Of a DNA stretch of 45,876 bases, positions 43,811 to 45,876 are shown one piece after another; position 1 is the stretch's first letter; each line of letters opens with the position of its first letter. This DNA comes from a virus. Where the stretch lies: the IMG/VR virus record IMGVR_UViG_3300045612_000232; one strand, given 5' to 3'. The notes beneath the pieces are model-generated. The model saw only the letters and a program-made list of their open reading frames with translations, was not told where the DNA came from and made no database searches. The translations under genes and the position numbers were made by a program.

Positions 43811-43836
43811 AACCCGCCTAGTGCGGGTTTAATTTT
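43811..43836 (+). terminator. Intrinsic terminator closing the cI-distal operon
   Basis: aacccgc-ctagt-gcgggtt followed by taatttt. Confidence 0.75.
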
Positions 43837-43853
43837 GACTTTTGGAAAGTTAA

Positions 43854-43926
43854 GTTTCCAATCATAAAAATAAAAGTTTCTTTTAATAAACTTTTTGTTG
43901 ACTTGTTAGTTTCCTTTGGTAAACTT
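43854..43926 (+). promoter_or_regulatory. PL-like early promoter with operators of the same family as the cI-cro region
   Basis: GTTTCCaatcATAAAA at 43854-69, GTTTCTtttaATAAAC at 43876-91, GTTTCCtttgGTAAAC at 43909-24. TTGACT (43898-903), 16-nt spacer, TAAACT (43920-25). Confidence 0.5.
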
Positions 43927-43999
43927 AATCTCATGAACAGCAAAAAGCCCTGCCGACTCTCACATCAAACAGGGCTTCTCACTTCACATGAGGTAGATT

Positions 44000-44458
44000 A
44001 TGGAACAAAACACAATTCAAAGCAATTCAGCTTTGCCTTTCGGTAAGGTTGTATTAGGGACATGGGCAGCTTCAAGCTTATTGATATTCGGAATAGCATG
44101 GGCAGTTTCATCTTGTGATTACCAAACAGCTCACTCAAGCCAACCATCAATTGCAAACGTAACTCCAAGCTACTACGGCGTTATGACACTCAAACTTACA
44201 TCTGACACTACTGGTGAAGCGATCGTTAATCTTGATGGTTACCACGTTTTTACCAGCTTCGATTTTGAGTTGGTTCCTGATTACAACGGCGCGTTAGGTA
44301 GCGACACAAAGGCCGTATTCATTACAAATCTGGCTGTAGACCGTGTTTTATTGGCTAACGGCGGCTTTTATAACGATTTCACTAATGCTGATGACATCCG
44401 CAACATGATCTCAGTCATCACTGCCCACATCGAACGCAACAATATGGTAAGGGGGTGA
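44000..44458 (+). CDS. Early-expressed putative lipoprotein (152 aa)
   Basis: 'LLIFGIAWAVSSC' is a signal peptide with a lipobox-like VSSC. First gene after the PL-like promoter. GAGG RBS. Confidence 0.6.
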   Translation: MEQNTIQSNSALPFGKVVLGTWAASSLLIFGIAWAVSSCDYQTAHSSQPSIANVTPSYYGVMTLKLTSDTTGEAIVNLDGYHVFTSFDFELVPDYNGALGSDTKAVFITNLAVDRVLLANGGFYNDFTNADDIRNMISVITAHIERNNMVRG

Positions 44459-44462
44459 TCTG

Positions 44463-44645
44463 ATGAAACTGGAACTAGAAAACCTTTCAGAAGCACAAGC
44501 TATGGCTTTGGCTCAATTCGTTAAGCGTGTTGGCTGGAACGAAATCCGTATAAATGCTGTAAACCATGATGAGGCACATCTCATGCGTGATGCCATTTCA
44601 AAACTTCAAGACGCACTGGCTCGCCAGGGCTATGCGCCACGTTAA
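44463..44645 (+). CDS. Hypothetical 60-aa protein
   Basis: AAGGGGG RBS context, repeated at the next two genes. Confidence 0.55.
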   Translation: MKLELENLSEAQAMALAQFVKRVGWNEIRINAVNHDEAHLMRDAISKLQDALARQGYAPR

Positions 44646-44655
44646 GGGGTTGATC

Positions 44656-44985
44656 ATGGAAAAGAAACGCTTCACCACCCCATACCGCGAGTTTATTACC
44701 CGCGATGAAAAAGGACGCTATCACGTCCGACTCGGACCACAGACATTTTCTACAAATTATCGCCTTACAGATATTCGTCTTGAGACCGAAAACGGCGGTA
44801 CACCTGTAGATCCTGAATTGTTGAAAGCTAAGCCTTGGATACTTCGCAACTTACAACAAGAAGTAGAGTTTCGACGCAAAAAAGAACGTGCGGAAATGTT
44901 TTCAAAAGAATGCTTTCAACGTACTCCGTACAGTGCAAATCAACGCATGTCTTATAACAACGCTAAATCTAATAAGGGGTTGTAA
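44656..44985 (+). CDS. Hypothetical 109-aa protein (MEKKRFTTPYREF...)
   Basis: ATG at 44656 follows AAGGGG. The longer track ORF starting at 44566 overlaps the preceding gene. Confidence 0.55.
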   Translation: MEKKRFTTPYREFITRDEKGRYHVRLGPQTFSTNYRLTDIRLETENGGTPVDPELLKAKPWILRNLQQEVEFRRKKERAEMFSKECFQRTPYSANQRMSYNNAKSNKGL

Positions 44986-44987
44986 TC

Positions 44988-45876
44988 ATGGCTCTTAATA
45001 TTATTACTTCTGATCAGCCCCTACAGGTTAATGCAATCATTACCTATATATATGCTGATCCTGGTCTAGGTAAAACCTCAATGGGATTTACTGCGGATAA
45101 AGCAGTTTCATTCGACTTTGACAAAGGTGCTCATCGTACTGGTGAGTTACGTCGTGGAGCAGTTATTCCAGTTCAAAAATGGACTGATATTGCAAATCTA
45201 ACTCCACAGGATCTAGCACCTTTTAATACTGTAGTAATTGATACAGTGGGTGCAATGCTTGAGTGTATTAAGACTCACCTTCTCGGTATATCTGAAAATC
45301 GCCAAAAAGATGGAACATTAAAGCTTAAAGCCCAAGGTTCAGCCAATAATATCTTTAAGAGTTATGTTCATATGCTTATTGCAATGGGTAAAGATGTTGT
45401 TTTCATAGCCCATGCAGTTGAAAGTGAAAATGGTGATCAGACTATACATCGCCCAGATCTAGGTGGGAAAAACCGAAATGAGCTTTATCGAATAGCTGAT
45501 GTCATGGGCTATTTAACCACTGTTAGAACTCAAGAAGGTAAATCAGCTCGCGTAATAAGCTTCAATCCTACCGATACTCATCATGCAAAAAATGCTGGTG
45601 CATTAGGTGGTGAAACTGGTGAAGTTTGGGTTCCAGATTTAAAAACCAGTCCAACTTTCTTGGCTGAACTCATCTCACAAGCAAAAGCCCACATCAATAC
45701 ACTTACACCATCTCAATTAGCAGCTGCTAAAGCTTTTGAGGAATTTGAGAACTGGAAACAAAGTTGCAATGAAGCTGAACACGCGGGTGATCTAAACCAG
45801 CTAACTGAGTCATTAGTTAAAGACCATATGTATTACCAGAACATGCGACAAGCTATGTTGCAACGCGCCAAAGCTC
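44988..45876 (+). CDS. Sak4-like AAA_24 (RecA-fold) ssDNA-annealing ATPase, 5' part. It has no stop before the window end and continues at 128-360 once the duplicated 127 bp is collapsed (373 aa in total).
   Basis: ATG at 44988 lies after 'aaggggttgtaatc'. Walker A-like 'IYADPGLGKTSMG'. 'VVIDTVGAMLE' and 'VVFIAHAVE' fit AAA_24. (45750-44988) is divisible by 3, so base 1 is codon position 1. Absent from the ORF track because no stop is reached. Confidence 0.8.
   Translation, partial: MALNIITSDQPLQVNAIITYIYADPGLGKTSMGFTADKAVSFDFDKGAHRTGELRRGAVIPVQKWTDIANLTPQDLAPFNTVVIDTVGAMLECIKTHLLGISENRQKDGTLKLKAQGSANNIFKSYVHMLIAMGKDVVFIAHAVESENGDQTIHRPDLGGKNRNELYRIADVMGYLTTVRTQEGKSARVISFNPTDTHHAKNAGALGGETGEVWVPDLKTSPTFLAELISQAKAHINTLTPSQLAAAKAFEEFENWKQSCNEAEHAGDLNQLTESLVKDHMYYQNMRQAMLQRAKA
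45750..45876. repeat. Second copy of the 127-bp terminal overlap
   Basis: Identical to bases 1-127. Confidence 0.95.

Larger units (their letters stand above)
1..45876. mobile_element. Complete temperate siphovirus-type phage genome in circular, non-integrated form (unique length 45,749 bp)
   Basis: Integrase, Xis, CI/Cro, replication, terminase, portal, capsid, tape measure and lysis genes are all present. The ends are identical over 127 bp. An intact attP-like region lies next to int. Confidence 0.9.

Noticed and set aside
1-45876. Search for tRNA, rRNA, CRISPR arrays, transposases/IS elements, reverse transcriptases (retron/DGR)
   Set aside because: No cloverleaf-capable intergenic segment exists; the longest spacers are the promoter, attP and terminator regions described above. 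There is no regularly spaced repeat array and no ORF with DDE, RT or Cas motifs. The only repeats are the 127-bp end overlap, the arm sites, the operators, the heptamers and one 10-bp tandem.

Overview
The window is a complete, circularly closed temperate tailed-phage genome, not a chromosomal segment. Bases 1-127 are identical to 45750-45876, so the unique length is 45,749 bp, and a Sak4-like ATPase ORF reads in frame across that junction. Layout: (i) A plus-strand early operon runs 44000 -> junction -> 2479. It carries an early lipoprotein, small ORFs, a Sak4-like annealase, a DEDDh exonuclease, a 370-aa acidic-tailed protein and Xis. (ii) attP (2514-2771) has six integrase arm-type repeats and sits between xis and a P4-type tyrosine integrase (2774-4027). 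(iii) An AT-rich cargo island (4040-8370) carries a transglutaminase-like Cys-His-Asp protein, SRAP/YedK, an N-terminally extended UmuD, UmuC and small ORFs. (iv) A ~25-kb minus-strand late cluster (8593-33928) encodes terS, terL, portal, Mu-F-like protein, scaffold, capsid, connectors, tail tube, chaperone, a 1002-aa tape measure, distal tail genes, holin and a GH108 endolysin. It is interrupted by terminator-bounded morons. (v) A minus-strand early operon (34879-41454) encodes Cro, a CII-like protein, a DUF1376 initiator containing iteron-like repeats, a DnaC-like loader, Dam, HNH, DUF1064 and a Q-like zinc-finger protein. (vi) CI (HTH + S24, 41556-42299) is followed by a tightly coupled three-gene operon: a HigB/Gp49-like protein, an XRE protein and a small SecB/DUF3467-like protein. 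This operon occupies the lambda rexAB-equivalent position and is my best candidate for an undescribed defence or addiction system. Other points worth a second look: a 16-bp operator shared by two promoter regions; a C8 tract where two long reading frames switch; a transmembrane coiled-coil moron between the Q-like gene and the late genes; and an antirepressor cassette inserted between the tail chaperone and the tape measure. I found no tRNA, rRNA, CRISPR array or transposase. All family assignments come from motif recognition by eye, with no searches run. The Acinetobacter/Moraxellaceae-like host guess rests only on the AT-rich sequence, the UmuDAb-like gene and the GH108 lysin, and is inference.
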